NCBI RefSeq assembly: GCF_009914755.1
Contig: NC_060939.1
Origin: the human T2T-CHM13v2.0 reference genome, Homo sapiens
DNA length: 64,000 nt
Reading direction: 5' to 3' (one strand)
Positions 13,878 to 27,722 of this stretch are shown here, piece after piece. The first letter of the stretch is position 1. Each line of letters starts with the position of its first letter. The notes below the pieces were generated by a model. It did no database searches, was not told the DNA's origin, and saw only the letters and a program-made list of their open reading frames with translations. A program made the position numbers and the translations under genes.

Positions 13878-14082
13878 CCTCTTTCATACAGTAGCCTTAT
13901 GTAGCTATTTAGATCTAAATTAATCAAAATAAATAAAATTTAAAACTCAGAGCCTCAGTCACACCAGTGACTCAGCCACATCTCAAGAACTCAATGGGCA
14001 CACACGGCTAGTGGCTACTGCAATGGCCAGTGTTGACAGAAAACATTTCCATCACTGCAGAGGACCCTTTGGACAGTTCTGG
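13878..14082 (-). mobile_element. MER3 (hAT-Charlie MITE)
   Basis: ggctagtggctact..., aacatttccatcactgcaga...ggacag match the reverse of MER3. Confidence 0.75.
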
Positions 14083-14812
14083 TCTAGAAGCTAAACTTTG
14101 TTTTTGGAAAGCGCTTCATCTTGCATTGCTGATTTTTTCTTGCTGCTGAGCCAGCCCGTTTACTCCAGTCCTCTGCTCTGGGGAGGTTCCCAGATGGTTT
14201 TAGGATGAAGCTGGGCCAGATGACCACAGGATACGGGTTCTGTCTGCCTGAGAGATGGCCTTGGGTGTTTCAGCCACCTACCAGATCCTGACAGGAACAG
14301 TCAAGCTAACATCATCTGGCACCTGAGAGAAGTTCCCCACAGATCTTAAGCTTCAAGCAATGACAAAGTTCACAGGCCATGCCTAGGCCAGCCCACTCCC
14401 TCCCTTACCATTTGATCTAACCCCTGGTAACTCCCACCTTTCAAGGATACTACACCTTGGGTGGGCGTAGAGGAGAAAGAGTCAGAGAACATTTTAGGGA
14501 CTCCAGGATTTGGGAGATTTCTGCAGACATGACCAAAGGGAGCTCAGAAAACCCCAGAGGTCCTTTTGGGGTCCTTATCTTCCCCCAAATTATTCATATA
14601 TATGGCTGGGAAAATCCCCACAAGGAGTTAAAAGCCAAGAAAATAACTTTGCTCTGATAGCGTAGATGCATGGCAGGGATGGGGTGGGGTAGTGGGAACC
14701 AGACAGCTAAATGGGTTATCGAGAAATTACAAGAGGCTTTAAAAAGTAGAAAACTTACCATAAGTCAAGCCTATAATGTATAGACAATAATTATTTTCCA
14801 CTGAATTTTTTG

Positions 14813-14932
14813 TGTTTAATTTGTGGTGACTATCTCCTTTTACATCATGTATTCAGCAATCACTCTTCTCCTTGCTTAATATGCACAGTAATCTTTCTCC
14901 TCCGATGTCACATATTCAATAATTCCTCTCCT
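14813..14932. repeat. Diverged 60-bp tandem duplication (2 units)
   Basis: Units start tgtttaat (14813) and tgcttaat (14873); both contain tattca and end tctcct. Confidence 0.5.
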
Positions 14933-15004
14933 CTGGTTCCAGGGGGTGGGATGAGGGGAACGGCACATTTTAAATTAGTAACGGCTGTTTTTGTTTTTTT
15001 TTAA

Positions 15005-15408
<404 letters not shown>

Positions 15409-15429
15409 CTTCTTTTTCACTGATTGATT

Positions 15430-15708
15430 CAGGGTCTCACTCTATTGCCCAGGCTAGAGTGCAGTGGCACTATCACATCTCACTGCAGCCTCTACAGCCC
15501 CACCGCCACTTTGCTCAAGCAATCCTACCTCAGTCTCCCAAATAGCTGGGACTACAGGCTAACCATGCGCTGCTAATTTTTAATTTTTTGTAGACGAGGG
15601 AATCTCACGATGTTTCCCTGGCTGGTCTTGAACTCCTGGGCTCAAGCAATCTGCCTTCCTCGGCTTCCCAAAGTGCTATGATTACAAGCGTGAGCCACTG
15701 CACCTGGC
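15430..15708 (-). mobile_element. AluJ (diverged, tail lost)
   Basis: cagggtctcactctattgcccaggct...gaactcctgggctcaagcaatc. Confidence 0.88.
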
Positions 15709-15999
15709 TCTTCACTACCCTTTTGAGGGCTTTTCTCTGGTCTGCCTCAGGAACCAAACAGGCCAGAGAAGGGAGCGCTGGGCAGTTGTCCAGCTCCATC
15801 CCAGTTAACACAGGACATGAGGCCTCTAAATGAAAACTTGCTCTTCCTATTAATACCTGTTTGCAGTGGTGTACCCTGGTCTGTTTAGCTCACGGCCAGC
15901 TCTGTTTGTTGCTGTCCATGAGGTTTTAGCACCTGAATTCCCCAGATATTGTTTGGTTCTTCCCCTGAATGTGGCATGCACAGCAGTCAGGAGAGCAAA

Positions 16000-16163
16000 T
16001 CCAGGACCTAGGTAAGACAAGCAGGTGCCTAGGGCAGCATTTAAGGAAGCCCGCACTCTCAGATGCTGACCCTGCATTTGCAGACCCTGAGAGTGAGTGC
16101 CTCCTTAAATGTTTCAGCCCCAGGTATTCAGCTTGCCTCACCCGGGTCCTGGGTCCCAGCCCT
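16000..16163 (-). mobile_element. MER96-like palindromic hAT MITE
   Basis: Internal inverted arms catttaaggaagc..cactctcag / ctgagagtgagtgcctccttaaatg. Confidence 0.7.
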
Positions 16164-16239
16164 TCAGAGGGACCAACCCCTTGCCTGTCTGAAAGTCAGA
16201 AGCAAAAGAGAGAGAAGGAGAGTGGGGGTGGGGGATAGA

Positions 16240-16520
16240 CACAATACCAAGAAGAAGCGATTCGGAAAAAAGGTCATTAAAATGCTTCAACGGACTCCAA
16301 ACTCTGAGAGTTGTTTTATTTTTTTTAAGACAGAGAGGAACTTAGCAGGAAATCAATCAACACACATGCTGAAAACTTATTCCATGACAAAAAAGAAACA
16401 AAAACCCCATAAATTCCTGTAGCCTCCGGGTAGCCAGTGTCTACTGCTGCTAATTAATTTTCCAGTACTTTCACTCTCCGGATATCTCAAAACAGGGTCA
16501 ATCTGTCAGCCCCGGGAAGC
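16240..16520. promoter_or_regulatory. Candidate conserved non-coding element / enhancer
   Basis: ATCAATCA (PBX-type TGATTGAT) 16352-59, CCATAAA 16407-13, TAATTAATT 16451-59, AGGTCATTAA. Confidence 0.4.
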
Positions 16521-16554
16521 ATCACAGCCCCAGCTCTAGGAGGTTGGTGACTCT

Positions 16555-16963
<409 letters not shown>

Positions 16964-18039
16964 TGAATCTCCATTCACCCTGCAGTGCACCACGTCCCTG
17001 AGCCTGCTCAGGCCAAGAGGAACAGCATGCGAGAATGTAGAGAGTGCAACCAGGAAAAACCTACCTCCCTGTCTCAGTTTCCCCAAATGCAAAATAAGGA
17101 GATTGTACTCAACCGGGTTTCAGGTTCCCAAACCCATGTTACCCCACCCAGAATTAAAGCCACGTGGATACTTATCCAATCTATGAACTCCTTGAAGACA
17201 AGGATTGTCTTATCTCTGCAAGCCTGCCCCTGCCACCACCCCCCCACCCCCACCAACACACAGTGCCTAACACCCTCCGACACACAAACGGTGCCTAACA
17301 GAGGACTGCTGGATTGCTCTGTCTCCTACTCTCCTGGTCCTGGCCTGTCCTCACCATCAGAACCAGGCAAGGGTTTACCAAGCCCTCGATAGCTGGGAGA
17401 CCTATGATCCAGAAACCTTGCTCCCAAGAGTCCCTTCTTCCTGCCAACTCTATAAGCTCATTGGTATCTCCCAAAGGAACAAAAAAGGAGAGAGTTCTGA
17501 CTCTGTAAAGTTCTCCACAGTTGAAAAATTCAAATTACAACTCCAAATAGCCTGTGACTGACAGTCATCTTCTGCACTCTGAGCCCCAGAGGAACAAGCA
17601 AGCCACTGGTAGCCAGGGCCGTGCCCTGACCCCACTCTTCAGAGAGAATGTGAAGGAGCTAGAACATTCCCCAGGACTCCAGAGCAGATGGGCAAGCAGT
17701 GAGGTTCCAGGCAGCTGCACCCCTAGGACCTGAGGTTTGGTCACCTTCCTGGGTGCCTTTCTTGAGAAGGTGACCGGATGAACCAAAGACCCTCCACGTC
17801 CCTTCTCAGGGAACCTCAATGCCACACACAACCCCTCCCCATACCCCATCCTGAGCCAGCCCCATAGAGCCAAATGGTGATGCTGTTTTCCTTCACAGAG
17901 ACCCAGGAGCCCTCGCCTCACAGGCGGAAGGACACAGTCTCATCCCCCTCCTGACAGTGGCTTGTAGTTTCCTTTTTTATTCATTTATTTTTCTGTTTCC
18001 TTAAACAGTATGTGCCTAGAATGAATACCAGGCTCTCTC

Positions 18040-18500
18040 TGGCAGAAAAAAAGGAGCATGAAGGAGAAATGTGAGAGCGGTAATCCATTGTAACACTTTA
18101 GGGGAAACTGCAAGCAATTTCCATTCTATTGATCCTCCCCGGGCATCAAAGCCACACTGAGTTTATTTGGAAAATTAAATTCTGGAGCATGTAGCATGAG
18201 GGGGCTCTAGTTAAGTTGTCTAGCTCTACGGCCACAATTTAATTACATTCTCACTCTGCCTCTCCATTTAAATACAGCAAAGGAACTGGGCTGCCTGGTC
18301 CAGGCCCCTAATCGGCCCTGGCTGTGACCCTGTGCCCACAACAGAAGAGCCTTTTGCATCTCAATTGCCCTCAGCTGACCACTCACCAGCTCCTCCGGCT
18401 GCGCTCATTTACATCTTATGCGATTTTTAACAGAATATATTCATTAAAATGTAAATGTTTGCTAAAGTAACCTAATTTTAAGCATTTGCTCCTTTTCCAA
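18040..18500. promoter_or_regulatory. Candidate conserved non-coding element / enhancer
   Basis: TAATCC 18081-86 overlapping CATTGT (SOX), CATCAAAG (TCF/LEF) 18144-51, many TAAT/ATTA cores; repeat-free. Confidence 0.45.
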
Positions 18501-18666
18501 AGGGAAGATTTTTATCTTAACAAAAATCTGTTATTATTAGAAACAAAGTAACATATTACTTAGGCAAAAATTAGATACAATGTGTTATCCATTTGGGGAA
18601 GAAGCTAAGAATCAATGTCTGATTGGTGTTGCCTGTTGTTATCAGACTTTGAAGATTCACAGAATT

Positions 18667-18772
18667 TGTGTTGTTGTTGAGACAGGGTCTCACTCTGTCG
18701 CCCAGGATCTGGAGTGCAGTGGCACAATCACGGCTCACACGGCTCACTGCAGCCTCAACCTCCCAGGCTCAG
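18667..18772 (-). mobile_element. Truncated AluJ right-arm fragment
   Basis: gagacagggtctcactctgtcgcccagg..ctgcagcctcaacctcccaggctca; internal acggctcac duplication. Confidence 0.85.
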
Positions 18773-18941
18773 GTTTTTGTTTTTGTTTTTTTTCAGAATT
18801 TGGAGGTTCACAGAACAGTAAGATTTATGCACACTTGAATGCACACACGCATGCACACACATTCACACTTTAGTGAGCCTGGCAGAAATTTGCCAGCTTT
18901 TTATTTAGCCACATAAGGACTTTGCGGTCATCTTCTATTCT

Positions 18942-18977
18942 CTTCTACTATAACTTCTACTATCACTTCTACTATCA
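18942..18977. repeat. 12-bp tandem repeat x3
   Basis: cttctactataa cttctactatca cttctactatca. Confidence 0.8.
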
Positions 18978-20572
18978 TCCCAATTTCCTGAATACCAGGG
19001 ATGTAGGATGCCAATCTTAGAAAGAATAGTCCTTAATAGTGAATATGTTTAGCTTCATGAAGAACTCACTTTCTCTGTTCTCATTTTCCTAATCTCATCT
19101 GTGGAAAGTTAGCTGCAGTCTAGCACAGGTCTACAGACCACCCTTGGGAACCACAGGCATAGACTAATTTTTCTTAATTAAATTTTTATTTAGTGCCAAT
19201 GCTGGGGGAGGGGCGCTGTGTCTCTGCCGCTTATCAGCCCTGGTAATTGAGAGCAAAGTTCTTTTCACAGTAGTCCAGAGGAACTGACCTCCCATCCTGT
19301 GAGTTCCATGAATACTAATCTGTTTGCTCCTAAATGAGGAAGGGCTCCACTGAAGTTCTCCTAGAGGAATGTCCCCTTGGGCAACCAGCCAGACCTTCTG
19401 CCCAAGCCCCACCAAACCAGCACAGAGCCTGGCATTTGGTAGAGTCTCATTAACAGTTGCTGAATCCCTCTGAAAAGTCATTGGGCGGCCCCCTCCCTCA
19501 CAGTGGAACTCCTCCCATATTTCCCAGCCTCCTCCTCTGCAAGGCACCCCCTCTAAGGACAACAGCAGGTGGAATAGGGAAGGAGATAGACATGCCTTTT
19601 GATGATCTCGGGACCAACGGCAAATAGAGTCTGCCAGTCCTCATACCCCTCCACGGGCCTGCTCCCCATCCTCTCACAAGCCCTGAGATTCCTCTGAAGG
19701 AAGTAACTTTTCCTGCCACTTGTAGGTGCCACAGGTAAGCAGGAATGGCAGATAGAACCACGGTGTGTGGGTGTTTGATCCTCGGGGCCCACACCAGAGG
19801 GAACATCAGCAGTATTTGACAAGCTGACCAGCTGTCCCAAGAATAGAACTGTCATTAAGCCAACAGGGAAATCATTACCTGATCTATAAATGATCACACA
19901 GGAGTAAGAACTGTCACTTCCTTCTGAGGAGTTTGCAGAATCGGGATTTTAAACAGACCTGCAAACTGGTGCAACACTGAGCTCCCTGGAGCAGCTGGTG
20001 TATTATTCGCAGGGAGAAAAAAAAATCAGAAGTTAAAGCACTTCAGGAGCTCAAGGGGACAAGAGAAGGTCTCAGGGACTCTGACTATCAAAGGATTTCA
20101 GACCATCCCTGGTGTCAGCTACAAACTTAACTCAAAGGAAAACATAACTATTCAGATCTTCTGCCTGACAGTTTGCAGGCCTGCAAGTCTCCATGGTCTT
20201 TCCACTTGCAAAATAAGCGATGGGAGTTAGGGCTGCAGGCAACATGGGTCATTTAGTCTAAGACACTTCTTTTACTAAGACACAGACTCAGGTTCCACCC
20301 ACGGGGATGAAGCCGTTTATGGTGGAGAGAAGCTGGAAACATCTTTAGGTGTCCCTCACCCATGAGGAGTAGCAGGCAGTGGAAACACACTATGGAGAAC
20401 TCACCATCAGTAAAGAGCCGCATATCGGATGTATGCAGAGCAATATGGGTGGTCACAATAACGCGATGTTGAGTGAGAAAAGCTGAAATGGAAGATTTGT
20501 AGCACAATAAAATGTATGTTAATTTAAAACACACACACAGAATGACACTACATATTTTACAATGATACACTA

Positions 20573-21053
<481 letters not shown>

Positions 21054-21137
21054 TTATTAACTAAGTGTAACTGACTCAACTCCCTCCACCTGAAGTCCAC
21101 AGACAAGGAAAGAATGTGAGGTCCAGAGAGCTTAGGA

Positions 21138-21298
21138 CAGGGCTTCTCAGACACCTGGGGATCGGGGATCCTGTGAAAATGCAGATTCTGAGTCAGGAGG
21201 GCTGGGCAGTGGGGATGGGGCTGAGGGTGTGCCCTTCCAACAAGCTCCCAGCTGATGCAGATGCCGCAGTCCCATGGACCTCACCTTGCGCTGCAAGG
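21138..21298. mobile_element. MER5-family hAT-Charlie MITE
   Basis: gtgaaaatgcagattctgagtcagg..ggctg..ttccaacaagctcccagctgatgc. Confidence 0.75.
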
Positions 21299-21344
21299 TC
21301 TCAGGAGACTTAATCAAGATATAAATTGAGCAGCAAAGTCCAAA

Positions 21345-21700
21345 TAAGATTCTATATGCAGTGTGGATGAATCTCAAAATAATTATGCTGCATGAAAGAA
21401 GACAGGCAAAAAAAGAGTACATATTCATAAACTATGCTTCCATTTATATAAACTTCTAGAAAATGCATACTAATATATAAAAATGAAAGGCAGATCAGTG
21501 GGTGCCTGGACATCAGGCTGGGGGACAGATGAATTAACAAAGAAAACTCTTGGGGGTGATGGATATATTCACTATCTTTATTATGGCGATGGTTTCCTGG
21601 GTGTATACATATGTCAAAACTCATCAAATTGTAATGCTTCAAATATGTGCAGTTTAATATGCATCAATTATACCTCCACAAAACTGAAAACAAAAAAAGA
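21345..21700 (+). mobile_element. L1M (L1MC-like) 3' end
   Basis: ggatgaatctcaaaataattatgctg..ttccatttatata..gtcaaaactcatcaaattgta..tcaattatacctc plus A-rich tail. Confidence 0.8.
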
Positions 21701-21809
21701 ATCTAGGTGGCCTTCCTCCCCACGCATCCCACACTGAAGATGCCTGTTTCCACTTCAAGCTGAGCTGAGCAGCTTTTCAGCTAGCCTGTGGTCTCCAGGG
21801 CTGGAACCC

Positions 21810-22560
21810 ATCCCCCTCCCTCTTCCACAGCTCCCACCATCTCACCTGGGCCGCCCTAAGAATCCGTGCCCCGATTTCATCTTCACCCTCCATTCCCCAT
21901 CCATTCTCCACAAAGCAGTCGGAGTGATCTCTTTAAATTACAGATCTGACCACATCACTGCTACCTCACACCTCCTCACTCTCCCCACAACCCCAAACCA
22001 CCCCCGCCATCGCTACCTGCCCACCCCCTACCTTAAAATCCTTCAAGATGGAAGGGTATAAAGACCAAAATGTGCACCCTGCCCTGGGTGCCTCCCACCT
22101 ACTCCCCCTCAACCCCTCTTTCCACCCCTCTCCTCTCACTCTCCACCCCTGCCTCGCTGACTTTCTAGGAGTTCTCCCAAAGCACCGTGTTTCCGTCTGC
22201 TCAGGATCTCTCTCTGTAACTCCCACCCCCAACCCCCTTCTCTTGTCTGGTGAACTCCTACACATCCCCCATCCCAGCTCAGCTCTCCTTCCCTCAGGAC
22301 TCTCCCCGCCTGCTTCCCAGTTCACCCAAACCAAGGCAGGCTCCTTTGCTTTACGTGTTCCTAGAGCCATATTCCTTTCCTTCCAAGCACTCACTCCATC
22401 TGCATGCATCTGTCCCATGCAGCCCCCTACACAAGTGTTTCATTCCTGCTTGTCTCTCACACTGCATAGTACTCCCCAGGAAGGCCACCGGGTCTGTTCT
22501 GCAGCCAACACAGTGCCTGGCACCCAGGATGTACCCCATACATACTCGTTTCTTGAAAGA
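21810..22560 (+). mobile_element. LINE-2 fragments
   Basis: ccattctccacaaagcagtcggagtgatctcttt..cagatctgaccac; acacagtgcctggcac. Confidence 0.55.
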
Positions 22561-24244
22561 ATGCTTAGCAAATCCTCCAAAGGGGCCATGGTCATCCCTT
22601 AGCAATGACATCTCTAGAATGTGGGGACGGCAGCTCATTTACAACCCCTGCTCCCTGCACCCTCCTCCCACCCTGCACTGCCCCGCCAGCCCCTGCTGCC
22701 TCAAGTTCTGCAGAGAAGACCCACAACCCGCCCCTGTTCCAGCAGGAACTCCTGCCTCCCTCACGTCTACCCTAATCCTTACCATTCCTCTCAAAGCCAC
22801 TTTGCATAAAGTAAATAGCACATTTGCTTTTGTGGGTTTTTTTTTCTTTTTTTTCTTTCCACAATTTCAACACTGCTGTGTTTGGATATAATCATTTCCT
22901 TTTTGGGCTTGGATCCCAAACTCTGGCAGTGCCTTAAGGGTAGGAAGATAAGTGTCAGAGGACAATCTGGATTTAGACAAAAATCCCCTCCAGTAGGGCA
23001 CACGCACTGGCCTGAGCATGTGAGTCCACCAAACCTCTGGACTTGCTCCCCAGACCCTGTCAAAGACTCAGGAGATGGAGGAGGTCACCCCAAAGTGTGG
23101 GGAGGTGGTAGGGGAGGTATCAGGCAGCAGAGACATCAGGATGGCAAAGGTCAGGGGGCAGTGGGTCAGATGCCCACCCAGCAGCCAGGCACCAGGTAGA
23201 CCAGAACACCAGAAGCAGAGCCAGGGAGCAGGCTTGGTCTTTGTCAGAACTTCAGAGCCCTGGGCAGTCCTAGGAATTAAAGAGGCAGGGCCAGGCAGGG
23301 GCTTAAAAAGTCAAGCACACAGCCAGGCACACAGTTCAGAGGGTCTGGAGCTCCAAGCTGCTAGTTGCCTTCACTCCTGCCCTTCTCTGTGCCATAGCAT
23401 TTGCTCATCATTTCCCTGCCTGAATCCTACTGAGGCATCGGGACCACTTCAGCAGCTACTGGGGAGAGGTGGGGGCAGCCCCAGGACCTTCCTTCATAGG
23501 GTTCAGCTTCGCCTAGACAGATGAGGACATGGAAAGGAATGGATGCCCATGAGCCCCAGACCCAGGTTGACCACTCCCCATAATTTTCAGGCTTCTCTAT
23601 CACTTTAGATGTCACTGGAAAAGAGGAGGAATTTAACAGCATAGACCCTCCGGGAAGCAGAGAGGGTGACTCATGGTGAGCTTCCCCTGGGGTCTGGAGT
23701 GTGGCCCAGGAGGCTAGAGTTTTTGGAAGAAGAGCAGTTTTTGGAGCTGGGCAGCCAGCAGTGGTCTGTCTGCCCCGGGACTGGCCAGCAGCCCCTGGGC
23801 CCTCTCTGGGGTGCCAGGACCTCAAGCCTTAGAGGAATCCCTTCTCTGCCCCCAAGCCATTGGAATTTGCCCTGTGGGGAAGGAGCTGGCATCATTCTCT
23901 GAGGGCTTAGAGCTCACCCAAGACAGTTTCCAGAAAGGAGACTGTAGGACAGGAAACAGGCCAGCTACATATATTAGGAGATCATCCTCAAGCAAAGGCA
24001 CCTGACAGATGTCTAGCTATGGGAGCACTCCCTGTCTCCATCTCTCGAGCCCCGGGCTGTGTCCATCACCGAGTGGTCCTGCTCCAGCTAAGTCAATCAC
24101 CCCTGCTGAGCCTCCACCCACTCACCCCATGGACAGGGAATCAAATGCAGAGGCAAATGCCATTTGTGTTAACGACAAAATCTAACTGAGAGATGGTCTA
24201 GACAGGTTTTCTCTCTGTCCTGTTTGGCCATGAAAACAGACATG

Positions 24245-24360
24245 ATGATCCTCATTTACAAAAGGGGAAACTAGGATTCAGAAAAGTCAAGAAACTTGCC
24301 CAGGGTCACAGAGCTACTGATGGCTGAGCCAGGCCTTAAACTAGAGGCAGCACCGGCTTT
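24245..24360 (-). mobile_element. MIR
   Basis: ggggaaactagg..cttgcccagggtcacagagcta. Confidence 0.7.
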
Positions 24361-24384
24361 GAAGTGAATCCTATCTACAATTTT

Positions 24385-24560
24385 GTCTTAGCTCTGCTGC
24401 CTACCAGCTGTGTGTGGCCTCAGGTGCATTATTTAACCTCTCTGAACCCCAGCTTCCTCTCTTAACAAATGTGTTAATTATGATCTATCTCTCAAAATGC
24501 AAGGAAGGATGAACTAAGATGAAATATATGAGAGTGATGGTACATGGAAAGCAGTTAATG
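24385..24560 (+). mobile_element. MIR
   Basis: agctctgctgcctaccagctgtgtg..tttaacctctctgaaccccagcttcctc. Confidence 0.65.
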
Positions 24561-25279
24561 TTTGTTCCTTCTTTCCAATTCCAAATCTTAAAACATATTG
24601 TTTTGGGATAATTCCAATGTGGAGGTTACAAAGGACTTTCCTGGGGAAAGGGAAGCATTTCTCAAGAGATTGGAATCTAGGAACACGCCTGGCCAAGCAC
24701 TTCTCTGTCTTCACTGATGCCAGCTCCTTTGTTCCCCCATCCCTCTCTCTGTGAAAGGACAGAAAGAGCAGGCCTTCCCAGATACCTGTCATGTTCTTCC
24801 ACACACAGGGGAGCCCAGCTCCCTGTCCACTGGGGCACCCACCTGCTCTCTGTGGCTCAGTGGCTGAGCCCAGGCCTGCCTCTGAGGGTGGAAGTCCTGT
24901 CGACAACCCTGAGACTGGCCACAGCTGGAGTGTCGCAACCAGGAACCACCAGGAGAGAGGCTGCCCCTCACACCCCCACCTCTCATTCCAGCAGGAAGGC
25001 TCTGGGTGGAGTTGGTGGCATTACGGCAGTCTTGTGTACTCACACGCAAAGCACGGTCTCTCCTACCTGGGACTCATTTCCCCTCATCCACAACCCTCGG
25101 AGGGGAGGAGCAATGGAACAGAGAGAAAAATGCCAAAAGATTGGCCAGGGTCGTGGGGCTTGATCTCAACAGCCCAGAGCTCAAGCTTCAGTCCATTTCC
25201 ATGTACGATTCCAGCATCCTTAACGAAGAGTCCCACGTGCTTCCTGAGGATCCGCCAGCCGGCATCATACCTATGGCTT

Positions 25280-25800
25280 CCCTGTATCAATGTGAACTCC
25301 ATGATTTTGATAACTGAACTGTGGTTATGGAAGAGAATGCCCTTGCTTTTAGGAAATACACATTGAAATGTTGAGGGATAAAGGGGTATCTCGTCTGCAA
25401 CTATCAAGCAGTTCAAGTATACACGCATGCACACACTTCCAACCTTAGCACTACTGACGTTTTGGGCTGGATAATTCTGTGCTGGGGGGAGCCGGAGGAC
25501 TGTCCTGTGCACTGTAGGACATCGAGCAGCATCCCTGGCCTCTATGCACTAATGTAGTAACACCCCCCCCATGCCCCATCCTTACCCCAGGCATTTGAAA
25601 CAACACAATTGTCCAGAGATTGTCAAATGTCTCCTGGGGGACAAAAATTGCTTCTTGTTGAGAACCACTGGGGATCTATATATATATGAGAGAGAGAAGG
25701 GTAAAGAATATAAATTCTTGGTACTGTTTTTATCTTTCCTGTAACTTTCCTGTAAGTCTGAAATGATTTCCAAATAAAAATTGTTCAAAAAAAATAAAAT
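25280..25800 (+). mobile_element. L1M 3' fragment interrupted by MER20
   Basis: ctgtggttatggaagagaatgccctt..taggaaatacac..gaa; resumes ttcttggtactgttttt..ctgtaagtctgaaatgatttccaaataaaaa. Confidence 0.65.
25434..25670 (-). mobile_element. MER20 (hAT-Charlie)
   Basis: ttttgggctggataattct..ctgtcctgtgcactgtagga..gcagcatccctggcctcta..gttgagaaccactg. Confidence 0.85.
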
Positions 25801-26249
25801 TTTATGAACACTTATAACATGAAAAGAAAGAAAGGAAGAAAAAAAAAAACCTTGCCAGGTTACAGCCCTCTCTATGTCTGCCCCAAGGCCCTGACTCCCT
25901 TTGCTCACAGATCAGGGATCCCACAGTGGAAGGCATTTAACCACCGGTCAGACCCTGCTAGACCTTCCCGCACACACGCTCATGGAAGCCCCATACTGGC
26001 TTGGTTCTGGTTTCCCCTCTCTGCAGATGGGGACCCCAGGGCCCAGAGGGAGGGTCCACCTTGCCTGAGGCCCTGCAGCTGGGAGCACCAGTAGATACCA
26101 GTACCTGAACCCAGTATGCAGACTCCTGGCCTTCTCCTCCCCTCCACCTACTGGCCCTTGTCTACCCAGTGAGCCTAGACAGCCATCTGGTGTTTTCCCT
26201 AGCCTCCATCAAGCACCCCACAGAGCACCAGGTACCAAGCACTGAGTGG

Positions 26250-26680
26250 ACACCCTTGCAGAAAGAAAATCGAAAGTTAACCACATGTGCAATTTTTTTT
26301 CTTTATCCTGTTTTCCTAAAGGGGGTTGCAGGGCTGGGCAAAGTTGCCTTTCAGATGCTTCCCAGTCAGCAGATTTTGCCTCCTACCTTCGCCTTACAAT
26401 CTGTGATGATTCTGAGTGGAGCTGGCTAGTTGCCATTTGAAGCAAATTGGTTATCCAGGAAAAAGCAAAAGAAAAAACTTTAAACAAACAAATAATACAA
26501 GGAAAGCCATGGGGGAGGAGGGATGGGGAGAGAAGGAAAGTAAATTGCACAAATGCAAATTAGAATTATTTAAAAATTAAAAGTTACTTTAAATTATTTA
26601 ACCTAATTACCGCCCCGTTCTCCCAGGGAGACAGTCACTTGTGTTCTGCGGAGCACGGAGGATTAAGCAGAATCCTCTGG
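26250..26680. promoter_or_regulatory. Candidate conserved non-coding element / enhancer
   Basis: ATGCAAAT octamer 26553-60, TAATTA about 26604, GGATTAA 26660-66; AT-rich and repeat-free. Confidence 0.4.
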
Positions 26681-27054
26681 CACTAGGGAGGGGAGGCCAA
26701 GGAATCCAAGCTTCAAAACCCCTCAGCATGCTGGGGTGGGGTGGAGGCTGAGGGGAGGGGGACAGATGCCAGCGGGAAGGGGACATGTAATAAACATAAC
26801 GAATGTGGGTATCACACTTCATGCTTTACAGAGCACCTGCTCATTTTCTTTAATCCTCATGACTGCCGGAGGGGCCTGCGTTGTTATCCCCATTGCGCAC
26901 ATGGGGAAGCTGAGGTTGAGGCCCAAGGTCACACAGGTGACAAGCAGTAAACCCAGGCCTGGAGCCCTGCAACCCTGGGGCCTGCAGGAGCCCTCTCAGC
27001 TCTGCTGGGCTAATCCCCAGGAAGGACAATGAGAGGGGGCGCAGGAGAGGGCAC

Positions 27055-27240
27055 CACTGGAGTCTCATCCTGCCTCTGCTGCTTCCCTGCTGAGTGATCT
27101 TGGGAAAGAAACCTCACCTCTCTGAGCCTCAGTTTCCTCATGGAAAAGATGGAGATGCTACTTCCCACAGGGCTGTTGAGAGGCTTGCGGGGGACAAGAT
27201 ATCTAAAGCCCCTGGCACTTAGTAGTTGCTCAAATAATGG
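27055..27240 (+). mobile_element. MIR
   Basis: gtgatcttgggaaag..cacctctctgagcctcagtttcctcat..cagggctgttgagagg. Confidence 0.8.
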
Positions 27241-27315
27241 GGCCTTAGAGTTCCAATGAGCAACAGGGGAAAGATGAGGGGCATTAAATCCCTACTCGAA
27301 AGCAATCGTATTCTT

Positions 27316-27435
27316 CTCAGGAGGCTGAAATGACAGGATCACTTGAGCCCAGGAGTCAAGGCTGCAGTGAGCTATGATTGTACCACTGCACTCCAGCCTG
27401 GGTGATGGAGCTAGACCTTGTCTCCAAAAAATAAA
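27316..27435 (+). mobile_element. Alu right-arm monomer fragment (FRAM/AluJ)
   Basis: ggatcacttgagcccaggagtcaaggctgcagtgagctatgatt. Confidence 0.85.
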
Positions 27436-27463
27436 TTGTATAAAGCCCAGTGACCTGTCAAGC

Positions 27464-27617
27464 CAGTAGTTCTCAAATGGGCTGCATACTGGAATCATCA
27501 GGACGCTTTCAGAACTCCTGAAGCTCATATGGGCCCCCAGAGCAATCAAATCCGAATCTCGGCATGTCTAAGCTCTCTGGGTGATTCCAGTTGTGCAGCC
27601 ACAGTTAAGGACTTCTG
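27464..27617. mobile_element. MER5-family MITE
   Basis: cagtagttctcaaa..ggctgcatactggaatca..gtgattccagttgtgcagcc..gttaaggacttctg. Confidence 0.65.
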
Positions 27618-27722
27618 CGCTAATCTGTCTCCATTAGGATACAACACAATAGCATGGATTATTCTGCAGTTGGAAGGATTTAGGGTAGACACTAAATGGG
27701 GCTTTTCTTTTCTGTAAATTGC

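Noticed and set aside
22048-22891. Overlapping 184-aa and 213-aa ORFs
   Set aside because: They lie over C-rich, decayed L2 sequence; low-complexity translation
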